A stretch of 64,000 nt of DNA, from contig OZ245015.1 of assembly GCA_965223705.1 (NCBI GenBank), positions 3,552,001-3,616,000 of the forward strand, in the 5' to 3' direction. The position numbers and the translations under genes were made by a program. Positions 18,691 to 27,900 of the stretch are shown here, in pieces. Below the pieces are notes generated by a model. That model ran no database searches. It saw only the letters and a program-made list of their open reading frames with translations, and was not told the DNA's origin. Each line of letters opens with the position of its first letter. Position 1 is the first letter of the stretch. Source of the stretch: Myxococcota bacterium (GTDB lineage: Bacteria; Myxococcota_A; UBA9160; UBA6930).

Positions 18691-19856
18691 TAGTAGCTCC
18701 GCGGCAGATCGAGCACGCGTTCTGCGATGAACGACTTGATCAGCTCCTCGGTCACCGGAGCGATTCGGGTCACCAGGACTTCGCGCAGGAGACGCTCCAC
18801 GTGATACTCCTTCGCGTACCCAAAGCCGCCGTGGGCGAGGACTGCCTGCAGGCAGGCTTGGTGCCCCGCCTTCGCTCCGAGAAACTTCGCGGCGTTCGCC
18901 TCGGCGCCGCAGGGTCGCCCGCTGTCGTAGAGCCACGCCGCCTTCATCGCCATCGTGAAGGCCGCCTCGAGCTCCATCCAGTTTTCCGCGAGCGGATGCT
19001 GTACCCCTTGGTTCTGACCGATGGGGCGATCGAAGACAATCCGATCACTCGCGTAGCGGGAGGCCCGCCGCAGCGCGTCTTGACCGATGCCGATCGCCTC
19101 GATTCCGACGAGTACGCGCTCGGGGTTCAAGCTGTGAAGGAGGTAACCGAAACCTTTTCCTTCTTCGCCGATTCTGTCTTCTTCGGGGATGAAGAGGCCA
19201 TCGATGAAGACGGAGTTTGAATCCACCGCTCTGCGCCCCATCTTCGGGATGCGCTGGATCTCCATCGTCTCGCGATCGACGTCGGCATAGAAGAGACTCA
19301 TGCCGTCGGTCGGGCGGTCGCACTCGTCGAATCGAGTCGTGCGAGCGAGCAGCATGATTTTGCTCGCTACCTGGCCGGTAGAAGTCCAAACCTTTTGCCC
19401 CTTCACCCGATAGCCTCCGTCCACTTTCTCGGCGAAGGTCGAGATTCGGGTGGTGTTCAAGCCGGCGTCGGGTTCCGTCACGCCAAAGCAGCACTTGTCT
19501 TCGCCCGACACGAGTCGCGGTACCCAGCGCGACTGCTGCGCCGGCGTGCCGAACACGACGATCGGGTGCGGCCCGAAGAGGTTGATGTGAACGGTCGAAG
19601 CCGCGGCCATCCCGCCGCCGTGGCTGACCACTTCGTGCATCATGATCGCGGCCTCGGTCACACCGAGCCCGGCGCCGCCGTGCACCTCCGGCATGGTGAT
19701 CCCGAGCCAGCCGGCGTCGGCCATCGCGGTGTGAAACGCGTGGGGGAACTCGCCGTCGTCGTCCCGCTCGAGCCAATAGTCGGCGTCGAATTTTCGGGCG
19801 ACGGATCCCACGGCTTCGCGTATGGCGCGTTGGTCGTCGGTCAGATCGAAGTCCAA
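18690..19856 (-). CDS. Acyl-CoA dehydrogenase
   Basis: TTG start with GGAGG SD, FGVTEPDAG, GQKVWTS, HGGFGYAKEYHVERLLRE. Confidence 0.92.
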   Translation of the reverse strand: MDFDLTDDQRAIREAVGSVARKFDADYWLERDDDGEFPHAFHTAMADAGWLGITMPEVHGGAGLGVTEAAIMMHEVVSHGGGMAAASTVHINLFGPHPIVVFGTPAQQSRWVPRLVSGEDKCCFGVTEPDAGLNTTRISTFAEKVDGGYRVKGQKVWTSTGQVASKIMLLARTTRFDECDRPTDGMSLFYADVDRETMEIQRIPKMGRRAVDSNSVFIDGLFIPEEDRIGEEGKGFGYLLHSLNPERVLVGIEAIGIGQDALRRASRYASDRIVFDRPIGQNQGVQHPLAENWMELEAAFTMAMKAAWLYDSGRPCGAEANAAKFLGAKAGHQACLQAVLAHGGFGYAKEYHVERLLREVLVTRIAPVTEELIKSFIAERVLDLPRSY

Positions 19857-19897
19857 GGGGATCCTCCTCGAGAGTCCAGGGATGCTATCATGCGTAC

Positions 19898-19913
19898 AGT
19901 ATGCATGCGTACT
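19898..19913. promoter_or_regulatory. Imperfect palindrome AGTATGCATGCGTACT between divergent ACAD and marR: putative MarR operator
   Basis: 16-bp inverted repeat with one mismatched pair; CATGCGTAC occurs twice in the spacer. Confidence 0.6.
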
Positions 19914-19941
19914 ATTTGACTTCCGGAACGTAGGTAAGCGC

Positions 19942-20490
19942 ATGGCCAAGGTCGACACACTCGCAGCACGAGCCCACGCCGAGAATCGAGTCGCCGAAGA
20001 ACGGGCGTTCGGGCCGGAAGTCGAGTCCGATGACCTCGAGGACGAAGATTGGGCGATCCGTCTCGGGTTCCATATCCACGACACGTCCCGGTTGCGGCGG
20101 GTGGTCTACGACGTCGCACTTCGCCCCGCCGGTGTCACCCGCTCGCAGGGATGGCTACTCGCGTACCTCTCCCGCGAGGACGGCATGGCCCAGTCGGAGC
20201 TCGCGGCCCAGCTCGACGTCGGGAAGGTGGCGCTCGGTGGGCTCGTCGACCGCCTCGAATCCTCAGGGTTGGTCGAACGACGTCCGGACGCCGGTGACCG
20301 CCGCGTGAAGCGCGTCTTCCTGACCGCGGCGGGTCGGCGGGTGGTCAGGAAGCAACGCGCGATTGCGGCGAAAACGAACGCTGAAATCCTCGCCGGAATC
20401 GATCCGGCCGACGTGCGGGCGACGGCCCGAACGCTCTACGCCCTCAAGCAGAACCTCCTCCGGATGACGCGCGCCGCGGACAAAGGCTAG
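19942..20490 (+). CDS. MarR-family transcriptional regulator
   Basis: QSELAAQLDVGK, LVDRLESSGLVERRPDAGDRRVKRVFLT. Confidence 0.92.
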   Translation: MAKVDTLAARAHAENRVAEERAFGPEVESDDLEDEDWAIRLGFHIHDTSRLRRVVYDVALRPAGVTRSQGWLLAYLSREDGMAQSELAAQLDVGKVALGGLVDRLESSGLVERRPDAGDRRVKRVFLTAAGRRVVRKQRAIAAKTNAEILAGIDPADVRATARTLYALKQNLLRMTRAADKG

Positions 20491-20699
20491 GGCGCTAGCC
20501 GTCTCATGAGAAACGTCGAACTGACGAAGGGTCGGGCGTCGGCATTGCCAATGACGCGCAGAAGTCGGATCGAGAAGAGATTCAGGCGGCGACGCTGCGC
20601 GCACTTCCCGACGCTCCGGCGACAAGCGGTAGGGCCGAAATTCGACGGTCCGACAGACAGTGGCAAACTGTTCTATGGGGTGTAGACGAGGAGAGCAAG

Positions 20700-21941
20700 A
20701 TGGCCCAGTCCGAAGCTCACGCGATGCCGCTCGAGAAAATCGACGTCAGCAATCCGCGTCTCTTCCAGAACGACACGATCGGCCGCTACTTCGAGCGGCT
20801 ACGCGAGCAAGCGCCGGTGCACTACTGCGCGGAAAGCGACTACGGGCCCTATTGGTCGATCACGCGGTACGACGACATCGTCAGCGTGAGCAGCAACCAT
20901 CGGGGCTTCATCTCCCACTACGAGGTCGGTGGGCACGTCCTGGGTTACGACAAAATGTTCCGCCAACACGGGCTCGATGCGCGCATGTTTCAGTCGACGG
21001 ACCCACCCGCGCACACCGCGCAGCGCAAGGCCATCACGCCGATCGTCGCGCGTGCCAGTGTGCGCGAGATGGAGGACGCGATTCGTGCGCGCTGTGCGCA
21101 GATCCTCGATGAACTTCCGAGGAACGAGCCCTTCGACTGGGTCGAGCGGGTCTCGATCGAGCTCACGACCCAAGTGCTCGCCACCCTTTTCGACTTTCCG
21201 TGGGAGGAACGTCGCAAACTCACCCGGTGGTCCGACGTAGCCGTCACCGAGCCTGGCTTTGGCATCGTCGGAAGCTGGGAGGAGCGCCGCACGGAGCTCG
21301 AAGACTGCTTCACGCGCTTCTCGCAGCTTTGGCAGGAACGCATCGCGAGCGAGCCGAGCCACGACCTGCTCTCGCTCATGGCGCATTCGGAGACGACCCG
21401 CGAGCTTACGCCCGAGGAGTTCCTCGGCAACCTCATCAACCTGATCGTCGGCGGGAACGACACCACGCGCAATTCCCTCACCGGGGGCGTCCTGGCGTTC
21501 CATCGTCACCCGGATCAGCTCGACAAGCTCCGCGCCAACCCTGGCCTCCTGGAGTCGGCGGTTCCCGAGATCGTCCGCTGGGTGACCCCCATCTCCCATA
21601 TGGCGCGGACCGCCGCAGAGGATATCGAGGTCCGCGGTCAAAAGATCCGGGCCGGGGACCGGGTGGCCATGTGGTACATCTCGGGGAACCGGGATGAAAG
21701 CGCGATCGATCGCCCCGAAGACTTCGTGATCGACCGCGATCAGCCGGGACGCCACCTTTCCTTCGGTCACGGCATCCACCATTGCGTGGGTAAGCGTTTG
21801 GCCGAGCTCCAGCTGCGGTTGGCGTGGGAGGAGATCCTGAAGCGCTTCCGCGCCATCGAAGTCTTGGGCGAACCCGAGCGGGTGTGCTCGAACATCATCC
21901 ACGGTTTCTCGTCCCTTCCCGTGCGGGCTCACGCACACTAA
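20700..21941 (+). CDS. Cytochrome P450, CYP153-like
   Basis: LIVGGNDTTRNS I-helix, EIVRW, MWYISGNRDE, heme motif FGHGIHHCVG. Confidence 0.92.
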   Translation: MAQSEAHAMPLEKIDVSNPRLFQNDTIGRYFERLREQAPVHYCAESDYGPYWSITRYDDIVSVSSNHRGFISHYEVGGHVLGYDKMFRQHGLDARMFQSTDPPAHTAQRKAITPIVARASVREMEDAIRARCAQILDELPRNEPFDWVERVSIELTTQVLATLFDFPWEERRKLTRWSDVAVTEPGFGIVGSWEERRTELEDCFTRFSQLWQERIASEPSHDLLSLMAHSETTRELTPEEFLGNLINLIVGGNDTTRNSLTGGVLAFHRHPDQLDKLRANPGLLESAVPEIVRWVTPISHMARTAAEDIEVRGQKIRAGDRVAMWYISGNRDESAIDRPEDFVIDRDQPGRHLSFGHGIHHCVGKRLAELQLRLAWEEILKRFRAIEVLGEPERVCSNIIHGFSSLPVRAHAH

Positions 21942-21943
21942 AC

Positions 21944-22357
21944 ATGGACGTAACGCAATCCGACCGTGACCAGATCGAGAACCATCTCGCCGCGTATTGC
22001 TTCGTGGTCGACCGCGCGTCGGCCGAAGACATTGCCGCGCTCTTTTGGGAAGACGCCCGACTCGAGTTCAACGGCCTCCACGAGGGCGGCGAGGCCATCC
22101 GCCAGTGCTACGAGAACTGGATCAAGACCGCGCGGGACCCGGTCGAGGGTCTTCGCCACCTCATCTACGTGCCGAGAATCGCGGTAGACGGCGATCGCGC
22201 GGAGGCCGAGACTTATGTGGATGCGGACTGCCATGTCCGCAAGAGCGGTCGGGTGATCCAGTTGCGCGCGCTCTACCGAGATGTCTTGACCAAGCGAAGC
22301 GGCGAGTGGCGTTTTTTTCACCGTCGCATCGTCAACATGCGGTCCCTCGCCGACTAG
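21944..22357 (+). CDS. NTF2/SnoaL-like protein
   Basis: LAAYCFVVD, LFWEDA, RHL, YRDVL...WRF. Confidence 0.8.
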   Translation: MDVTQSDRDQIENHLAAYCFVVDRASAEDIAALFWEDARLEFNGLHEGGEAIRQCYENWIKTARDPVEGLRHLIYVPRIAVDGDRAEAETYVDADCHVRKSGRVIQLRALYRDVLTKRSGEWRFFHRRIVNMRSLAD

Positions 22358-22388
22358 CTCGGTCGAATGGGTGCAAGGCGGGAGTTCC

Positions 22389-23549
22389 GTGAGAAACCAA
22401 GCAGTCGTCGTCGGGGTCGGTGAGTCGGCCTACTACGTTCGCGGGCGCTCTCCCGACAGTGAATTCCAATTGGGTTGCACGGCCATACAGCGCGCCGCCG
22501 CGGACGCCGGGATCGATATCGCGGAAATCGACGGCGTCGTTTCGTACATGGACTCGCGAAACGATCCGCTCCGACTGGCGGCCGCACTCAACTTTCGAGC
22601 GTTGCGTTGGTCGGCCACGACCTGGGGGGGCGGCGGGAACAATGTCGGCGGCGCGGTGCAGCTCGCGGATGCCGCTGTGACAGCGGGTTACGCCAGCAAC
22701 GTCGTCGTGTTCCGCGCGATCGCCCAGGGCGAATTCGGCCGGTTTGGACAGGCCGAGGGGCTGGGAAAACGCGCCGCCGGCGCTGAGGCTTGGCGCGCGC
22801 CCTACGGGTTCTTGTCCCCCGCCCACGACTGCGCGCTCCACACCCGCCGCTTCATGCATGACTACGGGATCTCCCAAGAAGCGCTCTGTGACGTCGCCAT
22901 GGCCTGCTACGCGAACGCCCAGCGCAATCCCCGAGCACTCCGCTATGGCAAGCCCTTGACCCGTGAGCGCTACCACGGCTCTCCGTGGATCGTCGAGCCG
23001 TTTCATCTCTTCGACTGCTGCCCGGAGAACGACGGCGCCGCCGCCATCGTCATAACGAGCCGGGAGCGAGCGGCGGATCTCCGCCAAAAGCCGGTTCCCA
23101 TCCTCGCGGCAGCGCAAGGACTCGGGCCGAGCTCCGGCCTCGCCGCTTTTCAGGATCGGTGGTTCCCCAGCATGTACTACACGGGCGTCGGTCAAGCACT
23201 GTGGCAAAACGCCGGCGTGCAGGCGAAGGACGTCGACGTGTTGCAGCTCTACGAGAACTTCACAGGTCCCGTCCTGATGGCGCTGTGCGAGATGGGTTTT
23301 TGCGCTCCCGAGGAAGTCGAGTCTTTCGTTTCGAACGGTGCGCTCGAAGGCCCCGACGCTCGCCTCCCCTTCAACACCAGCGGCGGCAATCTCGGAGAGG
23401 CCTATATCCACGGCTTCGAGCTGGTGACGGAGGCCGTCCGCCAAGTGCGAGGCGACTCCACCTGTCAGGTCGACGACGTCGCGTTGTCGCTCGTCGTCGC
23501 AGGACCCGGCTATGCGCCGGGAAGCGCCGTGCTTTTCGCGGCCGACTGA
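22389..23549 (+). CDS. SCP-x/Ltp2-type thiolase-family protein
   Basis: VGVGES, NAQRNPRA, DCCPENDGA, QLYENFT, NTSGGNLGEAYIHG. Confidence 0.88.
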   Translation: MRNQAVVVGVGESAYYVRGRSPDSEFQLGCTAIQRAAADAGIDIAEIDGVVSYMDSRNDPLRLAAALNFRALRWSATTWGGGGNNVGGAVQLADAAVTAGYASNVVVFRAIAQGEFGRFGQAEGLGKRAAGAEAWRAPYGFLSPAHDCALHTRRFMHDYGISQEALCDVAMACYANAQRNPRALRYGKPLTRERYHGSPWIVEPFHLFDCCPENDGAAAIVITSRERAADLRQKPVPILAAAQGLGPSSGLAAFQDRWFPSMYYTGVGQALWQNAGVQAKDVDVLQLYENFTGPVLMALCEMGFCAPEEVESFVSNGALEGPDARLPFNTSGGNLGEAYIHGFELVTEAVRQVRGDSTCQVDDVALSLVVAGPGYAPGSAVLFAAD

Positions 23550-23575
23550 CCGGCGCGCGCAGGAGACTCATCGCG

Positions 23576-24046
23576 ATGGACCGCTTTCTGGGGAATGACT
23601 GGGCACTGCCGCTCCTCGACAACCGCAACCGCGCATGGTTTACCCGCGGCGATCTCATGATCCAGCGCTGCGAGGCGTGCGGACACTGGCAACACCCGCC
23701 CGAGGACGTGTGCGGACGATGTCAGGGAACATCCCTCGCCTTCCAGAAGTGCGGCGAGACAGGGCATATCGAGAGCTTTGTCGTAGTACATCGGGCTGTA
23801 CACCCCAAGCTCGAACCCGCGGTCCCTTACGCGGTCGCTCTCGTTTCCCTCGACCAGGCACCGGGTGTGCGAGTTCTCGGGAACGTGCGCAATCGCTCGG
23901 CCGATGCGCTAGCGATCGGTGATCCCGTGCGGGCGGTCTACGAGATCGTGCCCGACCCCGACGGCGAGACCTTGCGGATTCCACAGTGGGAAGTCGTGTC
24001 TCCCGCCGGAGAATCCGCGCGAACAGGAGAGCCATCCGATGTTTAA
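23576..24046 (+). CDS. Zn-ribbon/OB-fold (DUF35, ChsH2-like) thiolase partner
   Basis: QRCEACGHWQHPPEDVCGRC Zn ribbon followed by OB fold (PYAVALVSL). Confidence 0.88.
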   Translation: MDRFLGNDWALPLLDNRNRAWFTRGDLMIQRCEACGHWQHPPEDVCGRCQGTSLAFQKCGETGHIESFVVVHRAVHPKLEPAVPYAVALVSLDQAPGVRVLGNVRNRSADALAIGDPVRAVYEIVPDPDGETLRIPQWEVVSPAGESARTGEPSDV

Positions 24047-24428
24047 AGTCATGATCCTCATCAAACGCAAACCGGGCATGAGCAAGGAGGACTTCATCGC
24101 CTACTACGAGAACAATCATGCACCGTTGGGCTCGAGCAAGGCGCCGAACATGAAGCGTTACATGCGCCATTTCCTGCATCCCTACGGTAATGACGTCTAC
24201 GCCGCCGATCCCGAGCCGCCCTACGACGTCGCGACCGAAATCTGGTTCGACGACGAGGCGGACTTCCAGCGTTTTATGGCCTACCTGACCGAACCCGAGA
24301 CGGCGCGCATCATCGGCGAGGACGAGGAGAAGTTGTTCGACAAGTCGTCGATCCGATTCCTCATCATGGAAGACTACGAGACCGATATGAGCGCGCTGAA
24401 CGCCGCCGAGGAGCGCCAGCGGAAATGA
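24039..24428 (+). CDS. EthD-domain protein
   Basis: KRKPGMSKEDF..YYENNHAPL, YDVATEIWFD, DEEKLFD. Confidence 0.85.
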   Translation: MFKVMILIKRKPGMSKEDFIAYYENNHAPLGSSKAPNMKRYMRHFLHPYGNDVYAADPEPPYDVATEIWFDDEADFQRFMAYLTEPETARIIGEDEEKLFDKSSIRFLIMEDYETDMSALNAAEERQRK

Positions 24429-24439
24429 GCCGACCTTCG

Positions 24440-25318
24440 CTAGCCGAGTCGCCGCGCGTAGTCGTCGAGCACTCGTAACACCGCATCCTCCTCCGCCACC
24501 GGAAGGCGCAGAATCATTCGGTTCGCACCGGTGTCGCGCGCTCTGCTGAGCGTCCCGTCGGACTGGACCTCGTCGTGCAAGAAAAAGAGGGATACGTCGA
24601 GCCCGGCCGGATCGCGGCCGAGATCTCGCATCCTCGCGTGGACCTCATCGATATGTTGCTTCGTCTCGTCGACGTCGAAGGCGAGCGGCAGCCAGCCCTC
24701 GCCGTAGCGAGCGACTTGCTCGCGGCCAAACGGCGTGTTCATCGTGCCGAGCACGACGGGCGGCCCCTCTGCCGTGAACGGCTTCGGGTATTGCCAGCAC
24801 GGATCGAAGCGAACGAATTTCCCGTCGAAGCTCGGTTGTTCTTCTCTCCACAGGCAACGCAGCGCCTCTAGCCGCTCGCGAAGCTGCGGCCAACGCTCTG
24901 GGAAACGCACGCCGTGGTGTTCCATCTCGCCGACGTTCCATCCCGCGCCGATCCCGAAGATGACCCGTCCCTCGCTCAATTGATCCAACGTCGCGACGTG
25001 TTTCGCGAGATTGATCGGGTGGTGTTGGTTGATGAGACAGATGCAGGTTCCCAGCCGCAGACGCTGCGTCACCGCCGCGGCCGCCGCGAGGGCGGTAAAG
25101 GGATCGGACATGTGGCGGTACTCCTCCGGCAAAAAGAAGTCCGCTGGGCTCATCGGCATCCCGGTCTCCGGGTCGCTCGGCTCGTCCGCTCGGGGGACCG
25201 GGATGTGCGTGTGCTCCGGCACCCACAGCGACTCGAAGCCCCGCTCCTCCGCGGCCACCGCGAGTCGATCGATCCGCATCATCGTTTCCGTGTTGAAAGA
25301 AAACACGCCGACGTGCAT
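24440..25318 (-). CDS. LLM-class, probably F420-dependent, oxidoreductase
   Basis: GFESLWVPEHTHIP, DPFTALAAAAAVT, GIGAGWN..EMEHHG. Confidence 0.85.
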   Translation of the reverse strand: MHVGVFSFNTETMMRIDRLAVAAEERGFESLWVPEHTHIPVPRADEPSDPETGMPMSPADFFLPEEYRHMSDPFTALAAAAAVTQRLRLGTCICLINQHHPINLAKHVATLDQLSEGRVIFGIGAGWNVGEMEHHGVRFPERWPQLRERLEALRCLWREEQPSFDGKFVRFDPCWQYPKPFTAEGPPVVLGTMNTPFGREQVARYGEGWLPLAFDVDETKQHIDEVHARMRDLGRDPAGLDVSLFFLHDEVQSDGTLSRARDTGANRMILRLPVAEEDAVLRVLDDYARRLG

Positions 25319-25349
25319 CCCTCGATTCCTCCGTCTGGGCGCCGGGCCG

Positions 25350-25838
25350 TCAGGCCCACCGCGCCTCGTCGCCCGGGTTCTCCCAGAGCTGAATCATGTT
25401 GCCGTCGCTGTCATAGAACAGAAAAGACCGGCCGATGCTTGCGCACTGCCAAACGTACTCGGTCTGTGTCTCGTAACCCGCCGCCCGCACCTTGTCGAAC
25501 CACGAGTCGATATCCTCGACGAGGAGTCCCAATTCGTGAATGCCCGTATGCCCGTAGCGCAGCTTCTCCGGTGGCGTGCTTTCGATCGCGGGTGTCTGGC
25601 ATTCCTGCAGCTCGATGAGCGCGCCGTCCTTCGAGCTCAGTAGAGCCATTTTCGAGCGTGCTCCCCGGACCTTGAAGATGTCGTCGAGGAGCTCCGGGTA
25701 CATGTAGGTTTCGGGGCCGGCCTTCGGCCCGTCGGGGATCTCGGTGTGAACGACGAGCTCGAACCCCATCACGTCGCGCCAGAGGCGGATCGCCTCCTCC
25801 AAGTCGGAAACAAAGACCGCCATGTGATGAAAGCGCAC
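25350..25838 (-). CDS. VOC (glyoxalase/bleomycin-resistance) family protein
   Basis: GTG start with AGGAGG SD, HHMAVFVSDLE, IEL, GIHELG, YDSDGNMIQL. Confidence 0.82.
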   Translation of the reverse strand: MRFHHMAVFVSDLEEAIRLWRDVMGFELVVHTEIPDGPKAGPETYMYPELLDDIFKVRGARSKMALLSSKDGALIELQECQTPAIESTPPEKLRYGHTGIHELGLLVEDIDSWFDKVRAAGYETQTEYVWQCASIGRSFLFYDSDGNMIQLWENPGDEARWA

Positions 25839-25911
25839 GGTGTCCCTCCTACGGTGCCGACCGAGATAGTATAGAAGCCGGTCGTGATCGCGCGCGATGA
25901 AGGAGAAACGA

Positions 25912-26400
25912 ATGGCTGAGAACGATCTCAACACCCGGCTCGAACGCATCGAGCAGCTCGAGGCCCTCAAGAAGCTGATCCATACCTACCACTGGAATGC
26001 GGACCACTTCGACTGGGTCGCGTGGTCCGAGTGCTTCACCGAGGACGCCACCTTCAACCTTCCGGGCACGTTCGGCCTGATGCGAGGGCGGCGAGAAATC
26101 CACGACACCTGCAAGGGCAACATGGACTCCGTCTACGACTCCATGCAGCACGTGATGGTGAATCTCGACTTCGAGTTCTCGGGCGAAGAATCGGCGACCG
26201 GACACGGCAATCTCGTCTTTACCGCGGTACCCGACGGCACCCGACCCGAGCGGTGCTACCGGTCGGGGGGTCGGTACACGTGGTCCTTCGCGAAGACTCG
26301 AGAAGGATGGAAGATCTCCGACGCCACGCTCGAATTCATCTGGAACACGGGCGACGACGCCGATGCGGTGTTCTCCCAAATGCCGGCCGCGCAGAACTGA
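25912..26400 (+). CDS. NTF2/SnoaL_4 (LinA/BaiE-like) protein
   Basis: RLERIEQLEALKKL..Y, FTEDA, HVMVN, GGRY...GWKI. Confidence 0.8.
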   Translation: MAENDLNTRLERIEQLEALKKLIHTYHWNADHFDWVAWSECFTEDATFNLPGTFGLMRGRREIHDTCKGNMDSVYDSMQHVMVNLDFEFSGEESATGHGNLVFTAVPDGTRPERCYRSGGRYTWSFAKTREGWKISDATLEFIWNTGDDADAVFSQMPAAQN

Positions 26401-26448
26401 ACGGGCCAGCCTATAGTGGGTTGCCTGTCAACTTCGAACGAGAGCCCC

Positions 26449-27627
26449 ATGTTAAAACTCGCAGAGATCGACGCGTCGAACCTGCCCAGCCGGGCGCGCA
26501 TCGCCGCCTATGCCATCGCCGACAACATCCGGCGGCCGAGTCCGAAAGCCCCGAGCGATGTCCCGTGGCACGGCGAGGCCGTGACCGCGGAATGGTTGAC
26601 GGCAGTCGTCGGTGCCGAGACCCCGGGCGCAGCGGTGGAGAGCGTCGAAGTCCTCGGCGGCGACAACGGATCGAGTGCACGCCGCATCCTCGCGATTCGC
26701 TGGAACGAAGCGGGGCGTTCTGCCGGACTGCACGAGCGCTTGTTCGGCAAAGCGACCCCTACCCTTCCGATGCGCCTCTCCGCCGGCAAGTCGGCGCCGT
26801 CCGAGGGCCGCTTCCTCACCGACCTACGGCCCCATCTTCCCATTGAGGCGCCGCGGTGCCTCTACACCGCGCGCGACGTCCGGTCGGGTCGATCATTTCA
26901 CCTGATGGAGGACCTGACGTCTACGCACGGAGCGGATTTCTGCGAGGCCATCAACTGGCGAATCGACAAGGATCAGGCGACGCAGGTGGTCGATACCCTC
27001 GCGACGTTGCACGGCACGTTTCTCAACCCGTCGCGAAAGTACGACGTGGGTTTTCTGCGAACTTACGAGGACTTCTTCCACGCGGCGGCGAGGAACCGGA
27101 TCGAGGATGGACACAACCTCGCGATGGAGCGGGCCGCCCACGTGGTCCCGGCGTCAGTGACCGCGCGGAAAGATCGCATCTGGCCGGCAGCCGTGGAATC
27201 GCTTCGGATGCACGATGAGCATCCGAGGACGGTGATTCATTCCGACGTCCACCTGGGCAACTGGTACGTCACGAAAGACGGCCGCATGGGGCTCAGCGAT
27301 TGGGCGCGCGTCTGTCGTGGCCACTGGGCGAGAGATCTCGCGTACTCCTTGTCGACGACCCTCACCGTCGAAGACCGTCGTGCATGGGAGAAAGACCTGA
27401 TCGAGCACTACTGCGCGAGGCACGGAGAAGTCTCGGGAAAGCCGGTCGACACCGCGACCGCGTGGGAGGGATATCGCCGGCAGACCTTTGCCGCCCTGCT
27501 CATGTGGACACCGACCCTGTGCCCACCGCCGACGCTTCCCGACATGCAACCCGAGTCGATTTCGATGGAGATGATCCGGCGGATCACCGTGGCGATCGAC
27601 GATCTCGACGCACTGTCGGACTCATAG
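26449..27627 (+). CDS. APH-fold phosphotransferase (ecdysteroid-kinase-like)
   Basis: IHSDVHLGNW, SDW, DLAY; paralogous to 16236 and 31673. Confidence 0.8.
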   Translation: MLKLAEIDASNLPSRARIAAYAIADNIRRPSPKAPSDVPWHGEAVTAEWLTAVVGAETPGAAVESVEVLGGDNGSSARRILAIRWNEAGRSAGLHERLFGKATPTLPMRLSAGKSAPSEGRFLTDLRPHLPIEAPRCLYTARDVRSGRSFHLMEDLTSTHGADFCEAINWRIDKDQATQVVDTLATLHGTFLNPSRKYDVGFLRTYEDFFHAAARNRIEDGHNLAMERAAHVVPASVTARKDRIWPAAVESLRMHDEHPRTVIHSDVHLGNWYVTKDGRMGLSDWARVCRGHWARDLAYSLSTTLTVEDRRAWEKDLIEHYCARHGEVSGKPVDTATAWEGYRRQTFAALLMWTPTLCPPPTLPDMQPESISMEMIRRITVAIDDLDALSDS

Positions 27628-27642
27628 AGGAGAACCGGACCC

Positions 27643-27900
27643 GTGGACGATCAGGTCATCGCATATCAGGATCTCGGCGAAGCGATCCTCGAAGAAGTAC
27701 TCGTCCGGGCTGGCATCGATCAAGCCCGAACCGCACAGGGAAAAGAACTCCGCCTGGCGCTGGACTTCGTCGTCAGCGTAGACGCGGAAAGCGATCAGTT
27801 GGTCATTCGCGGCGAGCGAATCGGCCAGTCACCGCTCGAAGTCCGTCTCGATCTCGGTGAGGCACCTGCGGATTGGCATGCTCCGCAGAAAATCCGTTGA
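27643..27900 (+). CDS. Small hypothetical protein
   Basis: GTG start after GAGGAG. Fills the gap between the kinase and the ACAD, and its stop overlaps the ACAD TTG start. Confidence 0.6.
   Translation: MDDQVIAYQDLGEAILEEVLVRAGIDQARTAQGKELRLALDFVVSVDAESDQLVIRGERIGQSPLEVRLDLGEAPADWHAPQKIR

Noticed and set aside
17440..18936. 498-aa ORF as a natural full-length protein, or as menB
   Set aside because: It is a composite of out-of-frame overlap, an ACAD stub and BadI. The sequence matches BadI better and no men genes are nearby.
20660..20676. Sigma-54 promoter upstream of the P450 (TGGCA...)
   Set aside because: There is no GC at the -12 position relative to the GG.
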